A stretch of 56,538 bases of DNA from Candidatus Niyogibacteria bacterium RIFCSPLOWO2_12_FULL_41_13 (GCA_001821615.1 MHMS01000006.1:1-56538); one strand, 5' to 3'; positions 9,433-18,304 are shown, counted from the stretch's first letter. Notes: a model not told the origin generated them from the letters alone. Made by a program: numbers and translations.

Positions 9433-9816
9433 TTATTTACTTAGCCATTCTTTAAATGATTTTGGCCAGCCGAGAATCAATAATAACGCCAAGGGCGCGC
9501 CCCAGTTTGCCCATCGTTCTACGAAATCCCAGATTGGTTCGCCGACAATCGGACGCAAAAGCGCTGTCCAAAATCCCCAAAACGCCGCCCAGAGAAGAAC
9601 GAGGCGAATTGGTCTTAACAAAACAATCAAAGCAACGATTAAATCCATTGCTCCAATTAAAAACAAAAGCGTTCCCGCTGTTTCCGCTCCCGCGCCTGTT
9701 AATTGCGAAATCCATCCAATCCACGCTTTTTTTCCCTGCAAAGCAAAAACGCCGTGCCCGATAAACTCTCCGGCAACCGCGATTCTCAAAACCCACTCAA
9801 TAAATTTGCCATTCAT
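9433..9816 (-). CDS. small integral membrane protein
   Basis: 127 aa with 3-4 predicted TM helices, 3 nt downstream of copA. Confidence 0.45.
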   Translation of the reverse strand: MNGKFIEWVLRIAVAGEFIGHGVFALQGKKAWIGWISQLTGAGAETAGTLLFLIGAMDLIVALIVLLRPIRLVLLWAAFWGFWTALLRPIVGEPIWDFVERWANWGAPLALLLILGWPKSFKEWLSK

Positions 9817-9871
9817 GTTTTATTTTTTTTAATTTAATTTATTCGACCTTTTATTATTCTATCAAATTTTA

Positions 9872-10747
9872 TCACGCGCCGCATCCTCCCCCGCCTTTTA
9901 ACTCCCGCGGTTCGGTTTCTTTAAGAATTCTTTGATAACCGGAAGCGCTGGAATAATTTTGTCCCAAAATTTCTTTTGGATTGACTTCGCTCCATTTGAT
10001 TCCTCTTTTTTCAAAATAATCGGCGATTGCGAGATATGTATCCGGAAACCAATATGAATTTACAATTAAGGCGTATTTGTACATTTCTTCTTCGGATAAC
10101 CCTTGAGAAGCCATCAGTTCCAGCAAACCGAGCATAGCCATTCCGTGATTGCAGTCGGGAAAATAAGTTGAATTGCCGCAACAGGGACGATAAATATTTT
10201 TGCTTGTTCGCTCAATTAATTCCTGCTGTTCTTTTGTCAGAATTATCAGCGGATGGCGGCTGTAATGAGCCATTGTTTCTCCCTTGGCAAGCGTCCAGCC
10301 GCCGGTTGAAGCGAAATTTTGAGCGCCGCCATAGCGGGAATCGTTCATCGGTCCCTGTTCCAAAATTTGATTTTTATTTCCAAGCCCGAGCGCCCACAAA
10401 AGATTAAGAATAACGCCGGAATTTTCTTTGGTTATTTTTAAATTTCCATTGTTTGAATCGTAAAGAAGTTTTTTAATGTCTTCGGGAAGTCCTCCGCGAC
10501 TCGCGTAAAGCGATTCAAATTTTTCCGCGTCTATCGCGCCCACGCTCGCCATTTTTACGCCAATGTCGCCCCAACGAACAGGCAAAACTATTTCTTCTGG
10601 GATTATATTTTCTTCAGAAATTATATTTTTTATCTCGGACGCGTTCTTTTTTTCATCTTTGGCTAACCATGCGCCCGCAAGAATAATGGCCGCAATCACT
10701 ATGCTTGCCGGCAAAGCGTAATTTTTATTTTCAATTTCGTTTTCCAT
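9872..10747 (-). CDS. membrane-anchored Cys-motif protein (CCGNSTYFPDCNHG)
   Basis: 291 aa, N-terminal TM, conserved-looking CCGxS...DCNHG block. Overlaps the upstream CcdA-like gene. Confidence 0.5.
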   Translation of the reverse strand: MENEIENKNYALPASIVIAAIILAGAWLAKDEKKNASEIKNIISEENIIPEEIVLPVRWGDIGVKMASVGAIDAEKFESLYASRGGLPEDIKKLLYDSNNGNLKITKENSGVILNLLWALGLGNKNQILEQGPMNDSRYGGAQNFASTGGWTLAKGETMAHYSRHPLIILTKEQQELIERTSKNIYRPCCGNSTYFPDCNHGMAMLGLLELMASQGLSEEEMYKYALIVNSYWFPDTYLAIADYFEKRGIKWSEVNPKEILGQNYSSASGYQRILKETEPRELKGGGGCGA

Positions 10748-11594
10748 AAATTTTGTACGCCAAGTAAAAAAAGAATCCTGCGATTAAAATACCCCACAAA
10801 AGATCGGGAATGCTCGCGGTTAATTTTAGCAAATTTTGAGTTTCTTGGTTCAGCGTTTCACCTATTTTCGCTTGAAATAAAGGCGACCAGTAAGTATTCC
10901 CGGAAAACGCCATAATCAAAAGAATAATCCCCACAGTCAGAAACACGAAAGCGGCGAATAAATTTGTTGAATGAACAAATAAAGTTTTTACGCCTATTTT
11001 GAACTCAAATATCTTTCCTTTAATGAATCTTGAATTTTCAATCTGAAACTTGTCGTAGAAATAGCCGGCAATAAACAGAGGAAAGGTCATTCCAAACACA
11101 TAGGCAAAAATCACGATGAGCGCTTTAGAGAACGCTCCCGAAAGGACAGCAAGGGTCATGGCGCCGGCAAGCACGGGAGCGCAACAAGAAGTGGCCGCTC
11201 CCGAGAAAACCCCGAGAAGAAAAACTGATTTTGAATCAGAGGCGTCTATTTTTAACGCCGTTCTTCCGGCCATTGGAATAATGGAAAAGCTCTTGCCTAA
11301 AATTGACATTGCAGCAAGGAAAATCATAAACATTCCGCCGAATATATACAGTTCTTGGTGAAAACTTTGGAATACTTTTGCAAGCCACGCCGCTCCCAGG
11401 CCGATAGGAATAAGGATTGCCGATATGCCGGCAAAAAAGACAAATGTCATTTTTAAAATGCCGGCTTTTTTCTTAAATACCGAAGCCATATAAGCCGGCA
11501 GAAGAATGGTGATGCAACAAGGCGCGAAAAGAGCGACCATACCGGCAAAGAATGAAGCGATTATTGAAGCTGAAAATATAATATTTGCGTCCAT
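10731..11594 (-). CDS. CcdA/DsbD-family thiol:disulfide transmembrane protein
   Basis: 287 aa, polytopic, with paired Cys motifs in TM helices (FAPCCITILLP, SCCAPVLAGA). Confidence 0.6.
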   Translation of the reverse strand: MDANIIFSASIIASFFAGMVALFAPCCITILLPAYMASVFKKKAGILKMTFVFFAGISAILIPIGLGAAWLAKVFQSFHQELYIFGGMFMIFLAAMSILGKSFSIIPMAGRTALKIDASDSKSVFLLGVFSGAATSCCAPVLAGAMTLAVLSGAFSKALIVIFAYVFGMTFPLFIAGYFYDKFQIENSRFIKGKIFEFKIGVKTLFVHSTNLFAAFVFLTVGIILLIMAFSGNTYWSPLFQAKIGETLNQETQNLLKLTASIPDLLWGILIAGFFFYLAYKIYGKRN

Positions 11595-11611
11595 ATTATT
11601 TTTTTGTTTTG

Positions 11612-12151
11612 TTATTTTGTCACCATCGCGCTGATTTCCAATTCAATTTTCGGCGTTTTTTCTGAATTAGTTTCAATATAAATGGTTCTTTTTGCCAATC
11701 CCACTCCCGAAGGCCCATGAGCCGCAGGGTCAAATTCCGCTTTTACTTCCACTGACTCGTTTGGCTTTATTTCTATATTTGCGATTGGCGAACCGCCGCC
11801 ATGCCCGGGCATTCCGAATGGTCCGTATTTTTTTCCGGAAGCGTCAATAATCAAAGCGCTTGTGCACATGCAGGAGGTGTAGATTTTTTTGATTGAAACC
11901 GCGCTTTCGCTTTCATTTTTAATTTTAAACGCGTGAGAAACATTTCCCTTACTCATTGAGATTGTTCCGAAATCAAAATTTTTTTCTTCCGCGATAAGAA
12001 TTCCGTTCGCGTCGGGAATTTTTTCAGCCCTTTGGCTATCTTGCGGATTAAGATTGGCAAATAAAATAATCGCGCCAACCGCAAGAACGGCTATAATTCC
12101 GATAATAATGTTTTTTGATTGATTCACCCCGTTAGAAATTTGTGCGTTCAT
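11612..12151 (-). CDS. DUF1573-like secreted protein
   Basis: FDFGTISMSKGNVSHAFKIKNESE...IKKIYTSCMCTSA matches the DUF1573 pattern. The current ATG (12149-12151) lies inside a mobile element. The track start at 12181 reads through element sequence. Confidence 0.65.
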   Translation of the reverse strand: MNAQISNGVNQSKNIIIGIIAVLAVGAIILFANLNPQDSQRAEKIPDANGILIAEEKNFDFGTISMSKGNVSHAFKIKNESESAVSIKKIYTSCMCTSALIIDASGKKYGPFGMPGHGGGSPIANIEIKPNESVEVKAEFDPAAHGPSGVGLAKRTIYIETNSEKTPKIELEISAMVTK

Positions 12152-12210
12152 AGTTAAATTGATTATTATGATGCGCCCCATTAGATAAATTGATTAAATT
12201 TCTAACGGGG
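12127..12210 (-). mobile_element. 84-bp miniature TIR element (CCCCGTTAGA family)
   Basis: 15-bp perfect TIR CCCCGTTAGAAATTT (12127-12141) / AAATTTCTAACGGGG (12196-12210). 4-bp direct flank repeat TTCA (12123-12126, 12211-12214). Confidence 0.8.
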
Positions 12211-12240
12211 TTCATGGAATTTTAATATTGAATGAAATAA

Positions 12241-12265
12241 ACAAAAAATCCCCCAAAAGGGATTT
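12241..12265 (-). terminator. rho-independent terminator
   Basis: AAATCCC-ccaaaa-GGGATTT. The minus strand is followed by TTTTTTG. Confidence 0.65.
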
Positions 12266-12295
12266 CAAAGGCGCTTTTATATAAGTTTCGTCCGA

Positions 12296-12670
12296 CTAAA
12301 ACGATTTTACAAAAAACGCCGGGGAAAAATAATTAGGGCTGTTTTCCAGAAGCGAGAGCCAGCGAATCGTTTTGTTTTCAAAAGAAGCGAATGATGATTC
12401 AAAAATGTTTTTTGAAAATTTTAAATCCGGCAAAGGCAAATTCGCCCCTAAAATTAAAAAAGCGGCAAACAATAGGAAAATTGCCAAAATCGCCAGAGAG
12501 AAATTTTTATAAGCGCCGATGCAATCCGTTCCTTTTGTTTTGGCGGCAAGGCAATTATCCAATTTTTGCCCGTCGTCGTGATTCATCGCCAAAAAACCGA
12601 AAACTGCCGCTCCGAGAACGGTTAAAATCAAAAAAGCCGTTAATATAAGCTTCATAATCTTTATATTCAA
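12296..12670 (-). CDS. hypothetical membrane protein
   Basis: 124 aa with two hydrophobic segments. Confidence 0.4.
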   Translation of the reverse strand: MNIKIMKLILTAFLILTVLGAAVFGFLAMNHDDGQKLDNCLAAKTKGTDCIGAYKNFSLAILAIFLLFAAFLILGANLPLPDLKFSKNIFESSFASFENKTIRWLSLLENSPNYFSPAFFVKSF

Positions 12671-12676
12671 AGTATA

Positions 12677-14083
12677 TTAAACTTTTTCAACCAACGCAAG
12701 ATTGGTGGCGCCGCTTTTGCCGAAAGGAATGCCGGCGCTGATAACGAAAGATTCGCCTTTTTTGAGTTTTAAAACGGGATTATCGCGGGCGATTTTTTTC
12801 GCTTCTTCAACTATTTGATAAAAATTTTTATGAACTTTTCCGAAAAGCGGATAAACTCCCCAAGTAAAATTCAATTTGCCTATTGTTTTTCGTTCGGGAG
12901 AAATCGCGATAATCGGCTGATGGGGCCGGCGCCTCGCGATTTTCCTTGCCGTAAATCCGCTTTTAGTAAAAACTAAAATGAGCTTGGCGCCGACTTTTTC
13001 CGCAAGATGCGTTACTGAATCGCTTACCGCGTCGGCGATTTCGTTTTCTTCGGAAAATTCCCTGAAAGAAACTTTTTGGTCCGCCTCTTCTATGATTTCA
13101 GACATCATTTTGACGACTTCTTCGGGATATTTACCGGTGGCTGTTTCGCCCGAAAGCATCACCGCGTCCGTGCCGTCAAGAATGGCGTTCGCGACATCGG
13201 TTACTTCCGCTCTTGTCGGCATAAGATTATTTGTCATTGATTCAAGCATTTGAGTGGCGGTGATGACGGGTTTCGCGTATTTTAAAGAAAGAGCGATAAG
13301 ACTTTTTTGGATATGAGGAAGTTCTGCCAACGGCACGGAAAGTCCCAAATCCCCTCTCGCTATCATTACGCCGTCGGCTGTTTTTATTATTTCTTCGGCG
13401 TTTTTTACCGAAGAATCGGTTTCTATTTTCGCTATCACGAGAGGCCGGTTTTTCGCCGGCAAAAGTTTTTTAACGGCTTCAATGTCTTTTTTGCCCATCA
13501 CGAACGAGACGGCAATGGCGTCAATCCCCGCTTCCGCCATTTTTGAAATATCGTTTTTGTCTTTCGCGCTTAATGTGAAATTGGCCAGATTTATTGTGTT
13601 TGCCGAAAAACCCATTCCTGAAATCAAATTGCCGCCCTTGATGACTTCGGCGATCGCGCCGTCTTTTATTTTCCGCCTCACTTTTAATTTAAGAGCGCCG
13701 TCTCCGAGATAAATATCCGCCCCCAAGGGAATGTTTTCTAAAATCTTCGGAAAATTAACGGAGAATTCTTTTCCCGAGCCCATAATTTGACGGCTGGAAA
13801 TTCTAACGCTTTCTCCGTTTTTGATCTTGGAATCCGGCGCGATTTTGCCTATTCGTATTTTTATGCCGGCAAGGTCGGCTAAAACGGCAAGCGGCCGGCC
13901 GAGCGTTTTTGAAGCGCGTTTTATGTTTATAAGCCTGCTTTTTATTTCTTCGTCGGTTGCGTGAGAAAGATTTATCCGAAAAACATCAACTCCCGATTTC
14001 GCCAGTTTTAAAATCATTTTTCCGCTTTCACTCGCCGGACCCAAGGTGGCGACAATTTTCACTTTTTTGAAAAAATTTGTCAT
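12677..14083 (-). CDS. pyk: pyruvate kinase
   Basis: 468 aa with KIVATLGPAS, MIARGDLG and C-terminal domain signatures. Confidence 0.92.
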   Translation of the reverse strand: MTNFFKKVKIVATLGPASESGKMILKLAKSGVDVFRINLSHATDEEIKSRLINIKRASKTLGRPLAVLADLAGIKIRIGKIAPDSKIKNGESVRISSRQIMGSGKEFSVNFPKILENIPLGADIYLGDGALKLKVRRKIKDGAIAEVIKGGNLISGMGFSANTINLANFTLSAKDKNDISKMAEAGIDAIAVSFVMGKKDIEAVKKLLPAKNRPLVIAKIETDSSVKNAEEIIKTADGVMIARGDLGLSVPLAELPHIQKSLIALSLKYAKPVITATQMLESMTNNLMPTRAEVTDVANAILDGTDAVMLSGETATGKYPEEVVKMMSEIIEEADQKVSFREFSEENEIADAVSDSVTHLAEKVGAKLILVFTKSGFTARKIARRRPHQPIIAISPERKTIGKLNFTWGVYPLFGKVHKNFYQIVEEAKKIARDNPVLKLKKGESFVISAGIPFGKSGATNLALVEKV

Positions 14084-14754
14084 ATATTTTCATTTCCCCA
14101 GGAGCAGTATTGGCATTCAGAATGACTTTTTGGCGCCGGGCCTTGTAAAGTTTTAATCCCCTCTTCAAAAAGTTTTTTCGCCCTTTCGTCGCTCGTTCCC
14201 ATTTTCTTGACGGCGATTTGAAATTGGATTACGCCGTTCGCGATGACCTCCTCCGGTTTGTAATAAACAAGATAGGCGATTTTTTTTGTTTTATAGCCGT
14301 TTGATTCCAGTAAAAAATTGTAAATATCAAGCTGATGCTGGTAATACCTTTCGGAATTAAAATGAAAATTATTACTGCCGGTGGTTTTAAAATCAATGGG
14401 AATGTAATATTCTCCGTCAAACAAGCAATCGTCAATCCCGCCAACCAACATAAAATTATACTCCGGGTGTTTGTAAATCAAAGCGGGATTGAGCGCGTTT
14501 CGCCATTTGTTGAGCAATTCCTGGTTTTTGAAAAGTTCGCCTTCAATTTTGCCGTTAAGTTCCGGAGGAATTTTATTCATTTCCCGGAATTTATCAAAAT
14601 ATTTTTTCAAAATCGCGTCAAAATTATTTTGAAGAGCGAAAGTTTGCTTCGGCCGGTGAATTCCTTTTTCTTTATAAAGCCAAAAACACTTGGGGCATTC
14701 CAGGTAAAGCGAAAGAGACGAAGGCGAAAGCTGGATTAATCTTTCTTGTCGCAT
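14080..14754 (-). CDS. PD-(D/E)XK (Cas4/RecB-like) nuclease family protein
   Basis: 224 aa. N-terminal LSPSSLSLYLECPKCFW, C-terminal ECQYCSW Cys cluster, central D...IDFK motif. ATGA overlap with pyk. Confidence 0.6.
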   Translation of the reverse strand: MRQERLIQLSPSSLSLYLECPKCFWLYKEKGIHRPKQTFALQNNFDAILKKYFDKFREMNKIPPELNGKIEGELFKNQELLNKWRNALNPALIYKHPEYNFMLVGGIDDCLFDGEYYIPIDFKTTGSNNFHFNSERYYQHQLDIYNFLLESNGYKTKKIAYLVYYKPEEVIANGVIQFQIAVKKMGTSDERAKKLFEEGIKTLQGPAPKSHSECQYCSWGNENI

Positions 14755-14769
14755 AAAAATAGGATAATT

Positions 14770-15105
14770 TTAATTTTTGCCGGCCTCGCCGGTTTTTAAT
14801 AATTTTATTCCAATCCCGGAAATCTGCGCTCCTCCGTAGATTAAAACAAAAACCATCATTGACCAAATTGCCAGATTTAGCGATTTTGGCAAGCTATCCG
14901 CCGGTAAAATTTCCCGCAATTGCCCGCTCAACATGCTTTCAATCGCCGAAGATTCGCCTTTTTTCGTTTTCGTTTCAATTTTAATAATTTCCGGCGCCGA
15001 CTTTCTCCCGGTAAAAACATTATAGGAGGAATACAAGCTCCAGCCGATAATCATAAGCCCCGCCGCCAGCAATATCCAGCCAAAAATAATTTTAGGAGAT
15101 TCCAT
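14770..15105 (-). CDS. hypothetical membrane protein
   Basis: 111 aa with two TM segments. Confidence 0.4.
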   Translation of the reverse strand: MESPKIIFGWILLAAGLMIIGWSLYSSYNVFTGRKSAPEIIKIETKTKKGESSAIESMLSGQLREILPADSLPKSLNLAIWSMMVFVLIYGGAQISGIGIKLLKTGEAGKN

Positions 15106-15250
15106 ATTTTTCGCATTATAACAACTGCGGCAATTTTTAGCAAAATTTTTTTAAAAAGCTTGACAAATTTAATCATAAAAGCAATTCTAAATTAGAATTC
15201 TTTCAGCGAGAAGTTATAAGAATCCCGAAATGAAAGGAGGTAATAACGCA

Positions 15251-15454
15251 ATGAAAAAGCCATGGATAATACTTGTTGCGGTAATTTTTTGCTTTTTTAT
15301 TATCGGCTCAATCACGATTTATTCCGACCTGACATCGGCAAAAGAGACAAGTAAGGCGGCTATTGAAGAAATATGCAGTTGTTGTAGCAAGGGCGGTATT
15401 TGTGACTGTCCGCCCGACGCGCAGTGTCGTTTTACGTGTCCCAAGTGTTCTTAG
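15251..15454 (+). CDS. small membrane-anchored Cys-rich peptide
   Basis: AAAGGAGG RBS 10 nt upstream of the ATG at 15251. 67 aa with an N-terminal TM. The last 27 aa hold 9 Cys (CSCCSKGGICDCPPDAQCRFTCPKCS). Confidence 0.6.
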   Translation: MKKPWIILVAVIFCFFIIGSITIYSDLTSAKETSKAAIEEICSCCSKGGICDCPPDAQCRFTCPKCS

Positions 15455-15478
15455 TAGTATTAATATTTATTTTTTTCA

Positions 15479-15508
15479 CCCCCGGATTTCACTACCGGGG
15501 CTTTTTTT
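15479..15508 (+). terminator. rho-independent terminator
   Basis: CCCCGG-atttcacta-CCGGGG followed by CTTTTTTT. Confidence 0.8.
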
Positions 15509-15523
15509 ATAGCGAATTACTGG

Positions 15524-15556
15524 TAAAAAAATACCTCTGTCACGCGACAGAGGTAT
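15524..15556 (-). terminator. rho-independent terminator
   Basis: ATACCTCTGTC-acgc-GACAGAGGTAT, with TTTTTTT on the minus strand. Confidence 0.8.
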
Positions 15557-16332
15557 TACTTACTTGATTCATGAAGATTGAACATCGCGAGCGCTTTGCA
15601 AAGATACTCCTTAACCACATTAAGATCCAAATGGTCTTCGTCAATGCTCAAAAAAGGGTATTTTTTAATAAGCGGCGCAATGAGGTCAAGTGTTTCCGGA
15701 TCAAGGCCGCCGGCCAAACCAATGCCTATTCCCGGCATTTCTTCTTGAATTTTCTCAATAAACGGCTCTAAGAAGTTTGCATCCAGCAATTTGCCGTAGC
15801 CGCCGCTTAAATCAAGAAGAACATAGTCCGCAAGACCGAGATATTCCTCCTTTATCTTAGACGCGATTTTCTCCGGAGAAGAATTTTCTCCAAAAGCCTT
15901 GCTGCCGACTTGAAGGATTAGTTGGATTTGTTTGTACATCCCCAAGTAAAGCATTCTAAATCGCTCTAACGATCTCGGGTCTGGCCAAGCAATATTCAAC
16001 TGAATACCGTCAAGATTGCCTCCGCCAACCTCAATCAATTTTTCTAATTGACTAAGCAATGTTTCATTTTCATTATGGCTGTAATGAAAATGTATGACAT
16101 TCATGGCAAGAGGATGTTCAATGAAGATTTTTCCGATTTCTTCTACGAGCGGATATCTATTCGGAAATTTGTTTTTTTCTCCCCTAAGCGTTTTTGAGCT
16201 TACCAGAACGCCAAACATTATTTTTCTTATAATTGGTTCGTCGGGAGAACAAGATTCGTTGATGAAAGACAAAATTTCAACAATTTCCTCCGGACGCATA
16301 AAACCGGTAATTCCGATATAAGGCAATGGCAT
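15556..16332 (-). CDS. TIM-barrel protein, phosphoribosylanthranilate isomerase (TrpF)-like
   Basis: 258 aa. YIGITGF start and LLDLSGGYGK...GLAGGLDPETL resemble TrpF C-terminal motifs. No other trp genes are nearby. Confidence 0.45.
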   Translation of the reverse strand: MPLPYIGITGFMRPEEIVEILSFINESCSPDEPIIRKIMFGVLVSSKTLRGEKNKFPNRYPLVEEIGKIFIEHPLAMNVIHFHYSHNENETLLSQLEKLIEVGGGNLDGIQLNIAWPDPRSLERFRMLYLGMYKQIQLILQVGSKAFGENSSPEKIASKIKEEYLGLADYVLLDLSGGYGKLLDANFLEPFIEKIQEEMPGIGIGLAGGLDPETLDLIAPLIKKYPFLSIDEDHLDLNVVKEYLCKALAMFNLHESSK

Positions 16333-16420
16333 TTCAATCTCCTCCTTTTCTCTTTTGTGAAACGAGCTGTTTTAAAACTAAATTAGTATAAGAAAAAAAT
16401 AAAATAATTTCAATAAAAAC

Positions 16421-16448
16421 GAAAAATCCCCGATTAAGGGGATTTTTC
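16421..16448. terminator. bidirectional hairpin terminator
   Basis: AAAAATCCCC-gattaa-GGGGATTTTT. Confidence 0.7.
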
Positions 16449-16470
16449 AGTTGTGAGAAACTGGAGAATC

Positions 16471-16830
16471 TTAGTAGCGATTTCTGCGTCCGCCGCCACC
16501 TCCTCCGAATCCACCACCACCTCCTCCGAATCCGCCGCCGCGACCGCCCCGGTCAAATCCGCCTTGCCTTGGGGGGCGAGCTTCCATCGGGCGAGCTTCG
16601 TTCACGGTGATAGTTCTTCCGTCAAGCTCCTTGCCGTTAAACATTTCAATCGCTTTCTGGGCTTCTTCGTCGGACGACATCTCCACAAAACCGAAACCCT
16701 TAGACCTTCCCGACATCTTGTCAATAATGATAACCGCCGATTCAATCGTTCCGGCTTGAGAAAAAGTTTCTCTTAAACCGTCTTCAGTGGTGTCATAAGA
16801 CAATCCACCGACATATAACTTTTTTGCCAT
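16471..16830 (-). CDS. RRM-type RNA-binding protein with Gly/Arg-rich tail
   Basis: KLYVGGLSY (RNP-2) and KGFGFVEM (RNP-1), with a C-terminal GGGFGGGGGG tail. Confidence 0.88.
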   Translation of the reverse strand: MAKKLYVGGLSYDTTEDGLRETFSQAGTIESAVIIIDKMSGRSKGFGFVEMSSDEEAQKAIEMFNGKELDGRTITVNEARPMEARPPRQGGFDRGGRGGGFGGGGGGFGGGGGGRRNRY

Positions 16831-16983
16831 CTTTTTACTTTGATAATTACTATGAAGTAAGTCGACCTCTTTTACTTTATATCCCGAGTTCGCATAAGTT
16901 ATATGGACTGAAGGGCAAAAAGAAACTGCTTACTATGCTATTTATGTTATTTTATTATTTAGAAAAAGTCAATATGCGATTAT

Positions 16984-17574
16984 TTAATCTTCTGCCGCGA
17001 CTTTTTCCATTATTACCGGACTTAACGGCTTGTCTTGGGAGTCCGTTTTTACATTTCCTATTTTATCAACAATATCCTGGCCTTTTACAACCTTTCCGAA
17101 AATAGTGTAATTATGGGGCAAGGGGTAATTTTCAAGCATTATGAAAAACTGACTGCCGTTTGTGTTTGGGCCGGCGTTTGCCATAACCACCGTTCCTTTT
17201 GTATAGCCGGCTTTGTACGATTCGGTCTGGGAATTTAGTTCGTCTTCAAATTGATATCCCGGGCCGCCGGCGCCGTTGCCGTTCGGGTCTCCGCCTTGAA
17301 TCATAAATCCCTTAATGACGCGATGAAAAGTCAAACCGTCGTAAAATCCCTTATTCGCCAGAGCGATAAAATTCGCGGCTGTTTTAGGCGCGTCAGAATC
17401 ATAAGTTTCAAACTGGATTTCGCCGAAATTGGTTTTAATGGAGATTAAATGTTTCATATTTTGATTTTGATTATTTGACGGCGTTGGTTTTGCCGATTTA
17501 TTATTCCAAAAAACATAAGCGCTGAAAACAATTAAAACCGCCAACGCGACAAAAACGATATTTTTTCCTTTCAT
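16984..17574 (-). CDS. ppiB: cyclophilin-type peptidyl-prolyl cis-trans isomerase with N-terminal anchor
   Basis: FHRVIKGFMIQGGDP...GPNTNGSQFFI motifs. Confidence 0.88.
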   Translation of the reverse strand: MKGKNIVFVALAVLIVFSAYVFWNNKSAKPTPSNNQNQNMKHLISIKTNFGEIQFETYDSDAPKTAANFIALANKGFYDGLTFHRVIKGFMIQGGDPNGNGAGGPGYQFEDELNSQTESYKAGYTKGTVVMANAGPNTNGSQFFIMLENYPLPHNYTIFGKVVKGQDIVDKIGNVKTDSQDKPLSPVIMEKVAAED

Positions 17575-17580
17575 TAATGT

Positions 17581-17589
17581 ATTATATCA
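17581..17589 (-). promoter_or_regulatory. extended -10 promoter, leaderless-type
   Basis: Minus strand reads TGATATAAT-acatta-ATG, with 6 nt between the -10 and the ppiB ATG. Confidence 0.5.
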
Positions 17590-17704
17590 TAATTTCAAAA
17601 ATTTTTTGTTTGGCGCGAAATCCCGAAATAAGACGAACGCGCGACGGCGCGTTTCGCGTTCGGTTTTGCTTTGACAAAAATTTTCATAATTAGATTGTAT
17701 CAGT

Positions 17705-17737
17705 AAAATAAAAAGTCCCCAAAATAAACAGGGACTA
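17705..17737 (-). terminator. rho-independent terminator
   Basis: AGTCCC-...-GGGACT, followed on the minus strand by TTTTATTTT. Confidence 0.65.
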
Positions 17738-17756
17738 TATTTCAAGAGATTTTTTA

Positions 17757-18200
17757 TCAAGATGTTAGAAATTTTAGAATTTCAGGAATGTTTTCCGCCT
17801 CTTTTCTCCATGCAACTTTCCATCCTTTTCTCACCATGATAAACGGCTTTGTCCAAAGATTGAAATCCGTTCTTATTTCAAACCACAGGATTTCGTTAAC
17901 TATTTCAATCAACTTGCTTAATTCAGCCAATTGATCCGTAATATCACCTAATTTTTCTTCATCCCGAAAAGATTCAGAAAGTTCTTGAAAGGCAAAATTA
18001 ACTTGATTTTGTTTTAAAATCTCCTTTCCCTCTTCTATCAATTCTGCTCTCAAAATCCAGAGTTTTTTGTGCTTTTTATCCAATTTGCCGACAACATTGT
18101 CCTCGTTTTCAACTTTGTCTTGCGGCCCTTTGATTCCATTAAGCTTTATCTTTTTCATTTCTTTCTCAATTTTTTTAAAAAGCGAAATTTGATTACTCAC
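17757..18200 (-). CDS. hypothetical protein
   Basis: 147 aa. GTG start preceded by an AAGGAGA RBS. Confidence 0.45.
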   Translation of the reverse strand: MSNQISLFKKIEKEMKKIKLNGIKGPQDKVENEDNVVGKLDKKHKKLWILRAELIEEGKEILKQNQVNFAFQELSESFRDEEKLGDITDQLAELSKLIEIVNEILWFEIRTDFNLWTKPFIMVRKGWKVAWRKEAENIPEILKFLTS

Positions 18201-18304
18201 GATTCTCTCCTTTTTGAAAAAGCCGAACTAAAAATCTACCTTCAGAAAGATAAAACAATTTCCAAAAAATGTCAAAAAAACCCGAAGTTCGCGCCGCGAA
18301 TAAT

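Noticed and set aside
7456-9832. Numerous 60-170-aa ORFs antisense to or overlapping copA and other long genes, listed in the six-frame track.
   Set aside because: They are embedded within strongly supported conserved CDSs on the opposite strand or in another frame. These are typical shadow ORFs.
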